Shown here one piece after another: positions 19,594 to 28,302 of a stretch of 64,000 nt of DNA (the stretch's first letter is position 1; each line of letters starts with the position of its first letter). Source of the DNA: Candidatus Cloacimonadales bacterium (GTDB lineage: Bacteria; Cloacimonadota; Cloacimonadia; Cloacimonadales; JAIOQZ01). The notes beneath the pieces were generated by a model. It ran no database searches. It saw only the letters and a list, made by a program, of their open reading frames with translations, and was not told the DNA's origin. Location: the NCBI GenBank assembly GCA_963662655.2, contig CAXXTU010000002.1, positions 3,488,001 through 3,552,000 of the forward strand, read 5' to 3'. A program made the translations under genes and the position numbers.

Positions 19594-20846
19594 TGGGCAA
19601 AGTTCTTGTTATCGGCAGCGGAGGAAGGGAGCATGCGATCGCATGCGCTTTCAAGCGCAACGGCCATAAAACATATGTTTCTCCCGGCAATTTCGGTATG
19701 GTCGAGGACGTGATCCTCGTACCCGCAATGGATTTCCCGGCTACGGTGGAATATGTGAAAGCAAACGCGATCGACCTCGTGTTTGTGGGACCGGAACAAC
19801 CGCTGTCCGAAGGAATTGCAGATTACCTTCAGGAGAATGGCATTGCCGTAATCGGACCGAGCAGGGCTGCGGCGCGCATCGAGAGCAGCAAGGCTTTCGC
19901 GAAGAATCTCATGCAGCGCTACGGTATTCCCACTGCTGCATACCGATCTTTCGACCGCCTTGAGGAAGCAGACGCGTATCTGAAGGATTCAGCCTATCCG
20001 CAGGTTATCAAGGCGGACGGACTTGCAGCGGGTAAGGGCGTGGTTATCGCGCAGGACTACAAAGAGGCGAAATCCGCGCTCGAGGCGATGATGCAGGATC
20101 AGGTGTTCGGCGAATCGGGCAGCCGCGTGGTGATCGAAGAATTCATGCGGGGTTGGGAGGCTTCGGTGTTCGCTTTCACCGACGGCGAGAATTTTGTTTC
20201 GACGATATTCTCCCAGGATCACAAGCCGCTTCTCGATGGCGACAAGGGCCCGAATACCGGCGGGATGGGTGCATACGCACCTGTGAAGTCGGCAGAGAAG
20301 TACCGCGACGAAGTGAATCGGAAGATATTCGCCCCGACCTTGAAGGCGATGCGGGAAGAGGGATGCCCCTATAAGGGCGTGCTCTATGCCGGCTTGATGA
20401 TAACCGACGAAGGCCCGAAGGTGGTCGAGTTCAACTGCCGGTTCGGCGACCCCGAGACCGAGGTTGTTTTACCGCTCCTCAAGACAGATTTATTTGCGAT
20501 TTCGAGGGCAATTCTTGACGGAAAGATTAGTAAAATAGATATTGAATGGGAACCGGCCTATGCCGTGACGGTGGTTGCCGCATCCGGCGGATATCCCGGA
20601 AAATACGAAAAGAACATTACGATCGAGTTCAACGATGGGTTGCTTCGAGGCGACCATCACAAGATATTTTTTGCCGGCGTTAAACGGCAGGGACAGGATC
20701 TTGTGACGTCGGGCGGAAGGGTGATGATGGTTACCGCGATTGCGGAATCTCTCGACCTTGCCCGGGAAATTGCGTACCGTGATATCGAGAAGGTACGGTT
20801 CGCCAATATGCAATACCGAAAGGATATTGGGAGTAAGGGATACTGA
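19593..20846 (+). CDS. purD: Phosphoribosylamine-glycine ligase
   Basis: GSGGREHA, KADGLAAGKGV, GPNTGGMG, EFNCRFGDPE motifs. Confidence 0.97.
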   Translation: MGKVLVIGSGGREHAIACAFKRNGHKTYVSPGNFGMVEDVILVPAMDFPATVEYVKANAIDLVFVGPEQPLSEGIADYLQENGIAVIGPSRAAARIESSKAFAKNLMQRYGIPTAAYRSFDRLEEADAYLKDSAYPQVIKADGLAAGKGVVIAQDYKEAKSALEAMMQDQVFGESGSRVVIEEFMRGWEASVFAFTDGENFVSTIFSQDHKPLLDGDKGPNTGGMGAYAPVKSAEKYRDEVNRKIFAPTLKAMREEGCPYKGVLYAGLMITDEGPKVVEFNCRFGDPETEVVLPLLKTDLFAISRAILDGKISKIDIEWEPAYAVTVVAASGGYPGKYEKNITIEFNDGLLRGDHHKIFFAGVKRQGQDLVTSGGRVMMVTAIAESLDLAREIAYRDIEKVRFANMQYRKDIGSKGY

Positions 20847-20873
20847 TGTGAGTCAGTATCTGTGAGGTTATTC

Positions 20874-23800
20874 ATGAATCGATTGAATTTATTGCTCATT
20901 GCTTTGATGATGTTTGCGATCACTTGCTCGCTTGCCGCTGCTGCGTTTGAAGTGATCGATATGTCCGCGACACAAATCACGCTGAAGTTCACGCTGCCCG
21001 AGATCGAATACCGTGACGTGGTACATGAAGGCGTGACGTACCAGGACGTTCGTGTCAATGGATCGTTGCTCTATGGAGAAGAAGGCTATCCCAGGCTTCC
21101 GTATTTCGCTGAAATGATCGGGCTTCCGGTCAATGGGAGCTATTCTCTTCAGCTTGTCCGGCAGAAGACGGAAACGGTAACGGGTGTAACGCCTGTTCCT
21201 GTCGAGAAATTCATACCTGACGAGGAGAATCCGGGAACTGAGTTTTACCGAAACAATCTGGCGTATGCCAGCAAATCACCGTATCCTGCTACCATACTCG
21301 AGAAAGGCAATGAAGGCTTCATGGGCGATCACCGGTTTGCCGGAGTTATCTTCAACCCCGTGCGATACAAGGCATCGAGTAACGAACTTTATATCACGAA
21401 GGAAGCTGTCGTTCGGATCAATATTTCGGGAGATACCACTCCATCCAGGAATTGGGAGCTCTATAACAGAAATTCCAGTTCGATGGTCGACAAGCTTTTC
21501 ATCAATAATCAGTATGCCAAGAAGTGGACAAAGCAGCGCGAAAAAGCAGAGCATTACCAATCCCATCGGAGCAATGCCGTCGACGAACTGCAAATTGTCG
21601 TAGATGAAGACGGTATATACCGAATCAATTATAGCGATCTTGCGGATTCCCTTGCTTCTTACCAGGACAGCCTGGGTTTCTCGACAACATTACAATGGGA
21701 AACCCTGGATCCGAGATACTTATCCCTGTCTAACGAATATGGCCCGGTTCCAATTTACATATCCGGTGAAAACGATGGATCGTTTGATGAGGATGATTTC
21801 ATTGAATTCTATGGTGAACGTCATGCCGGAGATGAAGGCTACTTCGATGAATATACCGAAGAAAACGTTTATACATTGAAGATAGGCAGTGAACTCGGCG
21901 CGCGAATGGCTGTGGAAAATGGTGGTTTGGTTGTTTATGACGAGGACGACTATATCGTACCGCAGTCTTACGAGCAGACAGTTCATGTCGAGCAGCAGAA
22001 TGGTTTTGCGCGTCTCGGTTTTTACAACGAAGACTATCGTGAAGACATGTGGGTATGGCGATCGATATTAGCGCCCAACCTGGACATCGTTCCATTCGAA
22101 TTACAATATCCGCACATGTCAACGACAAGGGCCTTCCATGCAAGCGTAATGTTAATCGGTAACTCGCACCCAACGGACGTGAATCCCGACCATCATGCGG
22201 TTGTTCGTATCAATTCCACGATGATCGGTACAGAATGGTGGGATGGGCAGAAAGAACAGCTTTTCGAAGATGACAGGTTCCTTGCCAACAGTTTCTTGAA
22301 TCATGGAGAGAATTACCTTTACATCAGTCTCGCAGGGGACACAGGAGCAAAACAGGAACAGGTATCCCTTGACTATCTGGAATTGACATACTGGCGTCTT
22401 TATCAAACGGATGAGGATTTCATTCGTTTCACAAAGCCATCAAACAAGCCTTTTGGAACATATCAGTTTGAAATCGGCGGTTTCGCATCCGATGATATTT
22501 CGGTTTACAAGATTGGCTCGAGTTTGATGGAGAACCCATCCATCGAACCGTTTTCAGAGACGGGCGAAGCCCCATACACACTAAAATTCCAGGATGATAT
22601 CCAAGAGAATGGAATTGAATACTTTGCCGTGGCAAACAGCGAAAAGAAGAAGGCCAAATTCATCCACCCGAATATCCCATCTAACCTCAAAAGCCCGGAT
22701 CATTTTGCTAATTATGTCATTATCACGCCTTCGAAATTTGTCGAAAACGAAGGAACGCAGCTTTTGAAATCTGTTTGGGAGCAATATGGATACAGTTTGT
22801 ACAACATGCCAGTCTCGGTTGAGATCGTTGCTGTTGAAGACATCTTTGACGAATTCAACCACGGGATTCGATCGGCAGAGTCAATCAAAGACTTCCTCCG
22901 ATATGCTTATAACAACTGGAACCTCCCTGAGAATGGAGGAACGAACGGGTTGACGCATGCGTTGCTTCTTGGAGAAGGAACTTTTGATGAAAGAGATGAC
23001 TCAAGCTATCGCCACTACAATATGGTACCGGTTAAGCTCTTGTGGACTGAGCAATACGGAGCAACAGCAAGCGATAACTGGTATGGTTGTTTTATCGGAG
23101 ACGATGGTGTCCCCGAAATTCATATTGGTCGCCTCAATGTCTGGCAGCCGCAGCAGGTTATCGATGTTGCGGAAAAGACAAGAGATTATATCGAGAACCC
23201 GGACTACGACAACATGTGGCATTCCAGATTGATCTACGCGGCTGGCGGTAAAATCAAAGATTCGGATGACAGGTTCGCCACGCAAAGCGAGGGAATTATC
23301 AACACCTTTGTTCCTGAGCGCTTTGAAGCGAATCGAGTATACACGGTGACAAAGACCGTCCCACAGGAATTCTTTGGTGGTACGATCGTCTTGAAGGATT
23401 ATCTTGAGCAGGGCGCGCTTTTTCTTCAGTTTATGGGTCATGGCGGCGGACGTATTTGGGCGGACTACGATCTCCTGAATAGTTCGGATGTTGTTTCTTT
23501 GACAAATGGGAACTATCCCTTTGTCAGCAGCATGGCTTGTTATTGTTCAGCATTCGATACGGGTGGAATGGTCTCAATCTCTGAGGTGTTTACCATGACG
23601 CCAGGTAGTGGCGCAATCGGCCATGTCGGATTCTCCGGATATGGGTATTTGTCTGCCGACCTCTCTTTCAGCCAATATTTGAACGACGGTTTGTTCAATA
23701 AAGGAATCATGAATACGGGCGAGTTGATCACGTATGTGAAATCCAAAATGTGGGCGAACACTACTTACGCATCATCAACGCGCTATGCCATGACGTATGG

Positions 23801-25859
23801 CGCTGTGCTCTCGGGAGACCCGATGATCAAGCTGAACGTACCGGCCCGAGAGGTTGATGTGACGCTCGACGACTATACGCCATCGGAAGGCGACGTTATA
23901 CAGATAACGGCAAATATGGGTACGGATATTGTCGCTGCAACATTCCAGATTTTCGATGAGGAAGACGTGAGGCTCAATGTGCCATTCCCGGCAGTTGTGA
24001 ATAATGGGGTTTTTCAGGCATCGTACGCAGTTCCTCCCAATTCGAGTAATATGTATCAGCGCACGGTGAAGGTTGTCGGATACGGCGTGAACGGAGAAGC
24101 CTCCGGTGTTACGCACTTCAGTGTTGGGAAATCAGCGATAGCAAACCGCGAACTTGTTCCTGAGCTGCCAACGGAAGCCGACGATGTGGAGATTCGAGCT
24201 AATTTCTTCGATGAACAGGGGGTTGCTCAGGTTCAGTGTAATTGGTTTGGGGGGCAGCAAAGCGGTCAGGAGCAAATGACCTACTCGTCCAGTGACGCGA
24301 TCTGGAAAACGGAAAACAAGTTACCGGCAATGGCGACGAATACGACTGTTATCTATACCTTCACGATCGTAGACAGCGAAGGAGATTCACTGGTGTCCGA
24401 GCAATACAGCTACAAAGTGGCTGGCCCTGATTTGCGCCTCTTGGGAATCGAGAACGGGGAATTGAATCATGCACCTTCTTTGCAAGTTCTTATTCGTAAC
24501 AACGGGCAGATCAAGGCGCCAGAGGCATCGGTGAAATTGTATCAGGATGTTGGCGTTTCCCACCGCCTTATTTTGCTGGCGACATCGTGGAGTCCTGAGA
24601 TAGAACCGGAAGGTCAGGAATTTGTTGATCTTAAATTGCCGATGGAGTCGGGTACTTTCAAGTATGTCGTTGCGGTGAACGAGGAGAAAAGCTTCACCGA
24701 ATCTGAATATGTAGAAAACGAGTCATCGTTCTATTATACAATGAATCCTTTCATGCTTACCTTTGACAATCTAACTGCCGGAACCCTGGACGGTAACATG
24801 GAGGTTCAGATTCCGAACGGTGTTTTCCCCGATAGTACGGTTGGGTCTTTTGGAATCGTTGAAGACATCGATGTACTCAGTATGCCCGACATCGAAAATG
24901 TGACAATGCGTGACAGCCTGGCATCGAAAGCCTATAAGATATATTTGTTCAACGATGAGCTTCTTGCAGATTCAACCGGTACCCTGCCGGGTAACGCAAA
25001 AATGAAACTCTCATTCAAGTATGCCGGAGGGGATCCGGTCAATATGCAACGTGAGGGAGAAAATCGGTTCCATGTCTATCGGTGGGAAGACGATTACAAG
25101 AAGTGGGTCAATGTCGGTGGAATGACGTCTGTGACCGATAACCGGGTCATGGCGGAAGTCAATCGAATGGGGACTTACTGCCTGTTCTATAACGGCGATA
25201 CGACGATACCCCAGATTGAGGCGAATGTGGAAGACCAGGAGTTCACGCAAGGCGGATACATCTCAGGGAAAGGCGTGATCTCATTCACATGCGCGGACGC
25301 GAACGGAATCGATGTCTTCGACCATCCGATAAAATTGTATCTCGACGGGCAGCAACTTCCTGCTTCGGCATATACGCTGACCGCGGTTTCCGGGAACCTG
25401 AATTCAGTGCCGCTGAAATACCCGCTGGACCTCGAACAGGGAAGCTACACGCTTCTGATAAGTTGTAGCGACCTCAACGGTAATTACAATGAACGAACGA
25501 TTCCGTTCAAGGTGAATACGGAATTCGATGTGATCAATGTGGCGAATTACCCCAATCCGGTTATCTCGAACGCAGTCCACCGCGACAATGTAGGAAGAAC
25601 TCGTTTCACCTATGTGCTTACGGACGATGCCGACGACGTAAAGATAAAGATTTACACCGTGAGCGGTCGCTTGGTGAAAACGTTCCAAAACCTGCCAACC
25701 TCGGTTGGCTACCACGAGTATCCTCGCACGACCAAGGGTTGGGATTGTAGAGATAACGACGAAGAATACCTGGCGAACGGTGTCTATTTTTATAAATTTA
25801 TTGCCAAAAAGGGCTCGAAGAAAATCGAGAAGACCTGCAAGATGGCAATTCTAAAATAA
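20874..25859 (+). CDS. PorU-like C25 (gingipain-clan) peptidase with propeptide-like N-terminus and C-terminal sorting domain
   Basis: Signal peptide; EDIFDEFN, IKDFLRYAY, LLLGEGTFD, SDNWY, IGRL; His (FMGHGG) and Cys (SMACYC); C-terminal NYPNP...IYTVSGRLV...LANGVYFYK. Confidence 0.85.
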   Translation: MNRLNLLLIALMMFAITCSLAAAAFEVIDMSATQITLKFTLPEIEYRDVVHEGVTYQDVRVNGSLLYGEEGYPRLPYFAEMIGLPVNGSYSLQLVRQKTETVTGVTPVPVEKFIPDEENPGTEFYRNNLAYASKSPYPATILEKGNEGFMGDHRFAGVIFNPVRYKASSNELYITKEAVVRINISGDTTPSRNWELYNRNSSSMVDKLFINNQYAKKWTKQREKAEHYQSHRSNAVDELQIVVDEDGIYRINYSDLADSLASYQDSLGFSTTLQWETLDPRYLSLSNEYGPVPIYISGENDGSFDEDDFIEFYGERHAGDEGYFDEYTEENVYTLKIGSELGARMAVENGGLVVYDEDDYIVPQSYEQTVHVEQQNGFARLGFYNEDYREDMWVWRSILAPNLDIVPFELQYPHMSTTRAFHASVMLIGNSHPTDVNPDHHAVVRINSTMIGTEWWDGQKEQLFEDDRFLANSFLNHGENYLYISLAGDTGAKQEQVSLDYLELTYWRLYQTDEDFIRFTKPSNKPFGTYQFEIGGFASDDISVYKIGSSLMENPSIEPFSETGEAPYTLKFQDDIQENGIEYFAVANSEKKKAKFIHPNIPSNLKSPDHFANYVIITPSKFVENEGTQLLKSVWEQYGYSLYNMPVSVEIVAVEDIFDEFNHGIRSAESIKDFLRYAYNNWNLPENGGTNGLTHALLLGEGTFDERDDSSYRHYNMVPVKLLWTEQYGATASDNWYGCFIGDDGVPEIHIGRLNVWQPQQVIDVAEKTRDYIENPDYDNMWHSRLIYAAGGKIKDSDDRFATQSEGIINTFVPERFEANRVYTVTKTVPQEFFGGTIVLKDYLEQGALFLQFMGHGGGRIWADYDLLNSSDVVSLTNGNYPFVSSMACYCSAFDTGGMVSISEVFTMTPGSGAIGHVGFSGYGYLSADLSFSQYLNDGLFNKGIMNTGELITYVKSKMWANTTYASSTRYAMTYGAVLSGDPMIKLNVPAREVDVTLDDYTPSEGDVIQITANMGTDIVAATFQIFDEEDVRLNVPFPAVVNNGVFQASYAVPPNSSNMYQRTVKVVGYGVNGEASGVTHFSVGKSAIANRELVPELPTEADDVEIRANFFDEQGVAQVQCNWFGGQQSGQEQMTYSSSDAIWKTENKLPAMATNTTVIYTFTIVDSEGDSLVSEQYSYKVAGPDLRLLGIENGELNHAPSLQVLIRNNGQIKAPEASVKLYQDVGVSHRLILLATSWSPEIEPEGQEFVDLKLPMESGTFKYVVAVNEEKSFTESEYVENESSFYYTMNPFMLTFDNLTAGTLDGNMEVQIPNGVFPDSTVGSFGIVEDIDVLSMPDIENVTMRDSLASKAYKIYLFNDELLADSTGTLPGNAKMKLSFKYAGGDPVNMQREGENRFHVYRWEDDYKKWVNVGGMTSVTDNRVMAEVNRMGTYCLFYNGDTTIPQIEANVEDQEFTQGGYISGKGVISFTCADANGIDVFDHPIKLYLDGQQLPASAYTLTAVSGNLNSVPLKYPLDLEQGSYTLLISCSDLNGNYNERTIPFKVNTEFDVINVANYPNPVISNAVHRDNVGRTRFTYVLTDDADDVKIKIYTVSGRLVKTFQNLPTSVGYHEYPRTTKGWDCRDNDEEYLANGVYFYKFIAKKGSKKIEKTCKMAILK

Positions 25860-26881
25860 TGGAGAAAATCGATATGAAGAAGCGATTTCTGCTGCTGGTG
25901 TTTGTCATGATAGCCGGCTTCCTGTTTGCTGGTCGTTACGCGGGGGATTTCATGGCCATTGGTTCCGGCGTTCGTCCATTGGGAATGGGGGGCGCTTATT
26001 CCGCGATTGCGGACAACGGTGTGGCAATCTATTGGAATCCTGCGGGGCTGGCCCAGAGAAAGAAATCTGAGCTGAGTTTCATGCACGCCTTCTTGTACAA
26101 GGATCTGGCGACGTACGATAATCTTACGTTTGCCCAGCCTTTGCCAAGCGAGGTAACGATTGCCCTGAACTGGACGCGACTGACAATCGATGATATCCCA
26201 TACTACGACGAGAAGTATCTTCTCGGAACGACTGTCGACCAGCGCTCGTCCGACCCCGATCTTCATCTTCCGGGGCAGACAGAGGAATATTTCAAGAGCC
26301 TTGACGACATGTATCAGTTTGCTTTCTCGAAGAGCCTTCATTCCGATATCAACCTCGGCTGGCTTTTCTTTGAGCTTCCAGTTGACATCAACTTCGGGGG
26401 TAACATCAAGTATATCAAGCGGGAGTTGAGGGACGGCATGGGAAGCGGCATGGGTTTCGACGTTGCCGTAATGCTCAAGACGGACCTCGCGGTTCTTCTA
26501 GACGTTAAGGGGCTTGGTTTCTTCTCGGCAGCAGTGAATTTTAAAGATATTGGCGGAACTACGATTACCTGGGATACCGAATCGGACCACGAAGACGAGA
26601 TTATGCAATCAACCAAGACGGGTTATGCAATAACACAGCCGATTCCTCAATGGAAGTCCAAATTCATCCTTGCAATGGATGTTGACTACGAATATAAAGA
26701 TATCTATCATTATGGCGCAGAATGGGAGTACGATGAAACACTCGCGTTTCGCGCAGGATATTATGACGAGAATTTCTCCAGTGGCGTTTCGTTGATGTTC
26801 TGGAACTTTGCCCTGGACTATGCTTTTGTGACCAACGTTCTTGGCGATACGCATCGCGTTGGGATCAAATTCATCTATTAG
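25859..26881 (+). CDS. PorV/PorQ-family outer-membrane beta-barrel
   Basis: FMAIGSGVRPLGMGGAYSAIAD...YWNPAGL; C-terminal LDYAF...LGDTHRVG; start may be 25874. Confidence 0.85.
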   Translation: MEKIDMKKRFLLLVFVMIAGFLFAGRYAGDFMAIGSGVRPLGMGGAYSAIADNGVAIYWNPAGLAQRKKSELSFMHAFLYKDLATYDNLTFAQPLPSEVTIALNWTRLTIDDIPYYDEKYLLGTTVDQRSSDPDLHLPGQTEEYFKSLDDMYQFAFSKSLHSDINLGWLFFELPVDINFGGNIKYIKRELRDGMGSGMGFDVAVMLKTDLAVLLDVKGLGFFSAAVNFKDIGGTTITWDTESDHEDEIMQSTKTGYAITQPIPQWKSKFILAMDVDYEYKDIYHYGAEWEYDETLAFRAGYYDENFSSGVSLMFWNFALDYAFVTNVLGDTHRVGIKFIY

Positions 26882-26900
26882 CGATGAAAAGGAGATGAAT

Positions 26901-27722
26901 ATGGTGCGCCTGCTTGTTCTGCTGTTTTCCATTTCAGTCATTTTTATGGGATGTACGGGGGAAGAATCAACGGAAGTCGATCGTACGCCTCCCTACAAGC
27001 CTGACTTATTGCATCATTTGGGTGATTCCGGCGATGGCGGAATCGTGTATGATATCGATTATCCAGAAGGACCGCAACAGGTTATCATCGAAGACCTGAA
27101 TGATGATAACAACGGTATCGATGCTGTTGCCGGAGGAGACTGGATTCGTCTTCAGTGGGCTCCCTTCGCGGACAGCGACGTCGACGTCGTGAAAATCTGG
27201 CGATACAGAGAAACAGCTTTTGGCATCGATGGCCTTGTAACGGTTGATACGGTCCGCGCTTCCGAGGGTGTAACCTATCTCGATACTTCGCTTGATGATC
27301 CGGAGAACACGGCAATAAACAACCAGTGGTTTTACTACTTGGACGCATATGATACATCCGGCAACCACACGATTTCCGACACAGTTAGCTATTACCTGTG
27401 CGAGAAGGCGTCGCCGATAGAACCTGCTTATTCTCAAGAGATTGCATCCAGTGATTTGTCGTTTACCTGGCGCGTTTTGAGTAGCGGTTCCGTATCAATG
27501 TATCGAGTGATGCTGTTTGATGAGAATGGTTCACTGATATGGTGGTATAACGAAAATGATACCGATCCGGAAAGTGGATCTTACTTGACTGTCAATTATA
27601 ATGGAAACATACTTTTCGACGGTACATATTGGTGGCGAGTCGATGCATTCGGAGAGTTTGATCCAAGTCAGGTGTCGGGTTCGGGATCGGAATCAAATGA
27701 GATTGAATTCTATATCCAGTGA
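26901..27722 (+). CDS. Acidic lipoprotein with Fn3/Ig-like domains
   Basis: AAGGAG RBS; lipobox FMGC; WYYLDAYDTSGN-type and YWWRVDAF Fn3-like strands. Confidence 0.7.
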   Translation: MVRLLVLLFSISVIFMGCTGEESTEVDRTPPYKPDLLHHLGDSGDGGIVYDIDYPEGPQQVIIEDLNDDNNGIDAVAGGDWIRLQWAPFADSDVDVVKIWRYRETAFGIDGLVTVDTVRASEGVTYLDTSLDDPENTAINNQWFYYLDAYDTSGNHTISDTVSYYLCEKASPIEPAYSQEIASSDLSFTWRVLSSGSVSMYRVMLFDENGSLIWWYNENDTDPESGSYLTVNYNGNILFDGTYWWRVDAFGEFDPSQVSGSGSESNEIEFYIQ

Positions 27723-27784
27723 CAAAATACTTGACGTTGGGGGTTGTTATGAACTTTTTTGATAAAATTCGGGAAGAGGTGATT

Positions 27785-28267
27785 GTGAAAAAATACGTAC
27801 TTATTGGATTTGCATTATTGATGGCATTCTGTCTCTTTGGGCAGGATCAGGTCAGTTATCAGGCAGCGAATAATTCCTCGGCTTATTTTTACTCCGGAAC
27901 CATTTCCGGTTCGGAGCAATTGAAGATATACAGCTATATCTGGGGACAAGTTCACAAGCCTGGACTTTACATAATACCAGACGACACAGACCTGTTAACG
28001 CTCCTATCTCTTGCCGGTGGACCGACAGAAGACGCGAAACTCTCTCAGATAAGGATCGTTCGCCCCTCTGCTGAAGGAGAAAAGGTGATATTTGTCGATC
28101 TCGAGCAATACATCGATACCGCCGATGAAACACTTATTCCCCTCATGAAACCCGGAGATACGGTTATCGTTTCCGGAACCCTTTACTATGCCTTCTTCCG
28201 GTTTGCGGACTTTGTCTCGAAGATTGCCATTGTCCTCAGCGTTGTGACAATGATTACGAACCTATAG
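27785..28267 (+). CDS. Short SLBB-domain polysaccharide export (Wza/OPX-like) protein
   Basis: WGQVHKPGLY, LAGGPTEDA, MKPGDTVIV; hydrophobic C-terminal helix; GTG start after GAGG. Confidence 0.8.
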   Translation: MKKYVLIGFALLMAFCLFGQDQVSYQAANNSSAYFYSGTISGSEQLKIYSYIWGQVHKPGLYIIPDDTDLLTLLSLAGGPTEDAKLSQIRIVRPSAEGEKVIFVDLEQYIDTADETLIPLMKPGDTVIVSGTLYYAFFRFADFVSKIAIVLSVVTMITNL

Positions 28268-28302
28268 TTGATTAGTATATTTAAGAAATAAATCGAGGAA
28301 TT

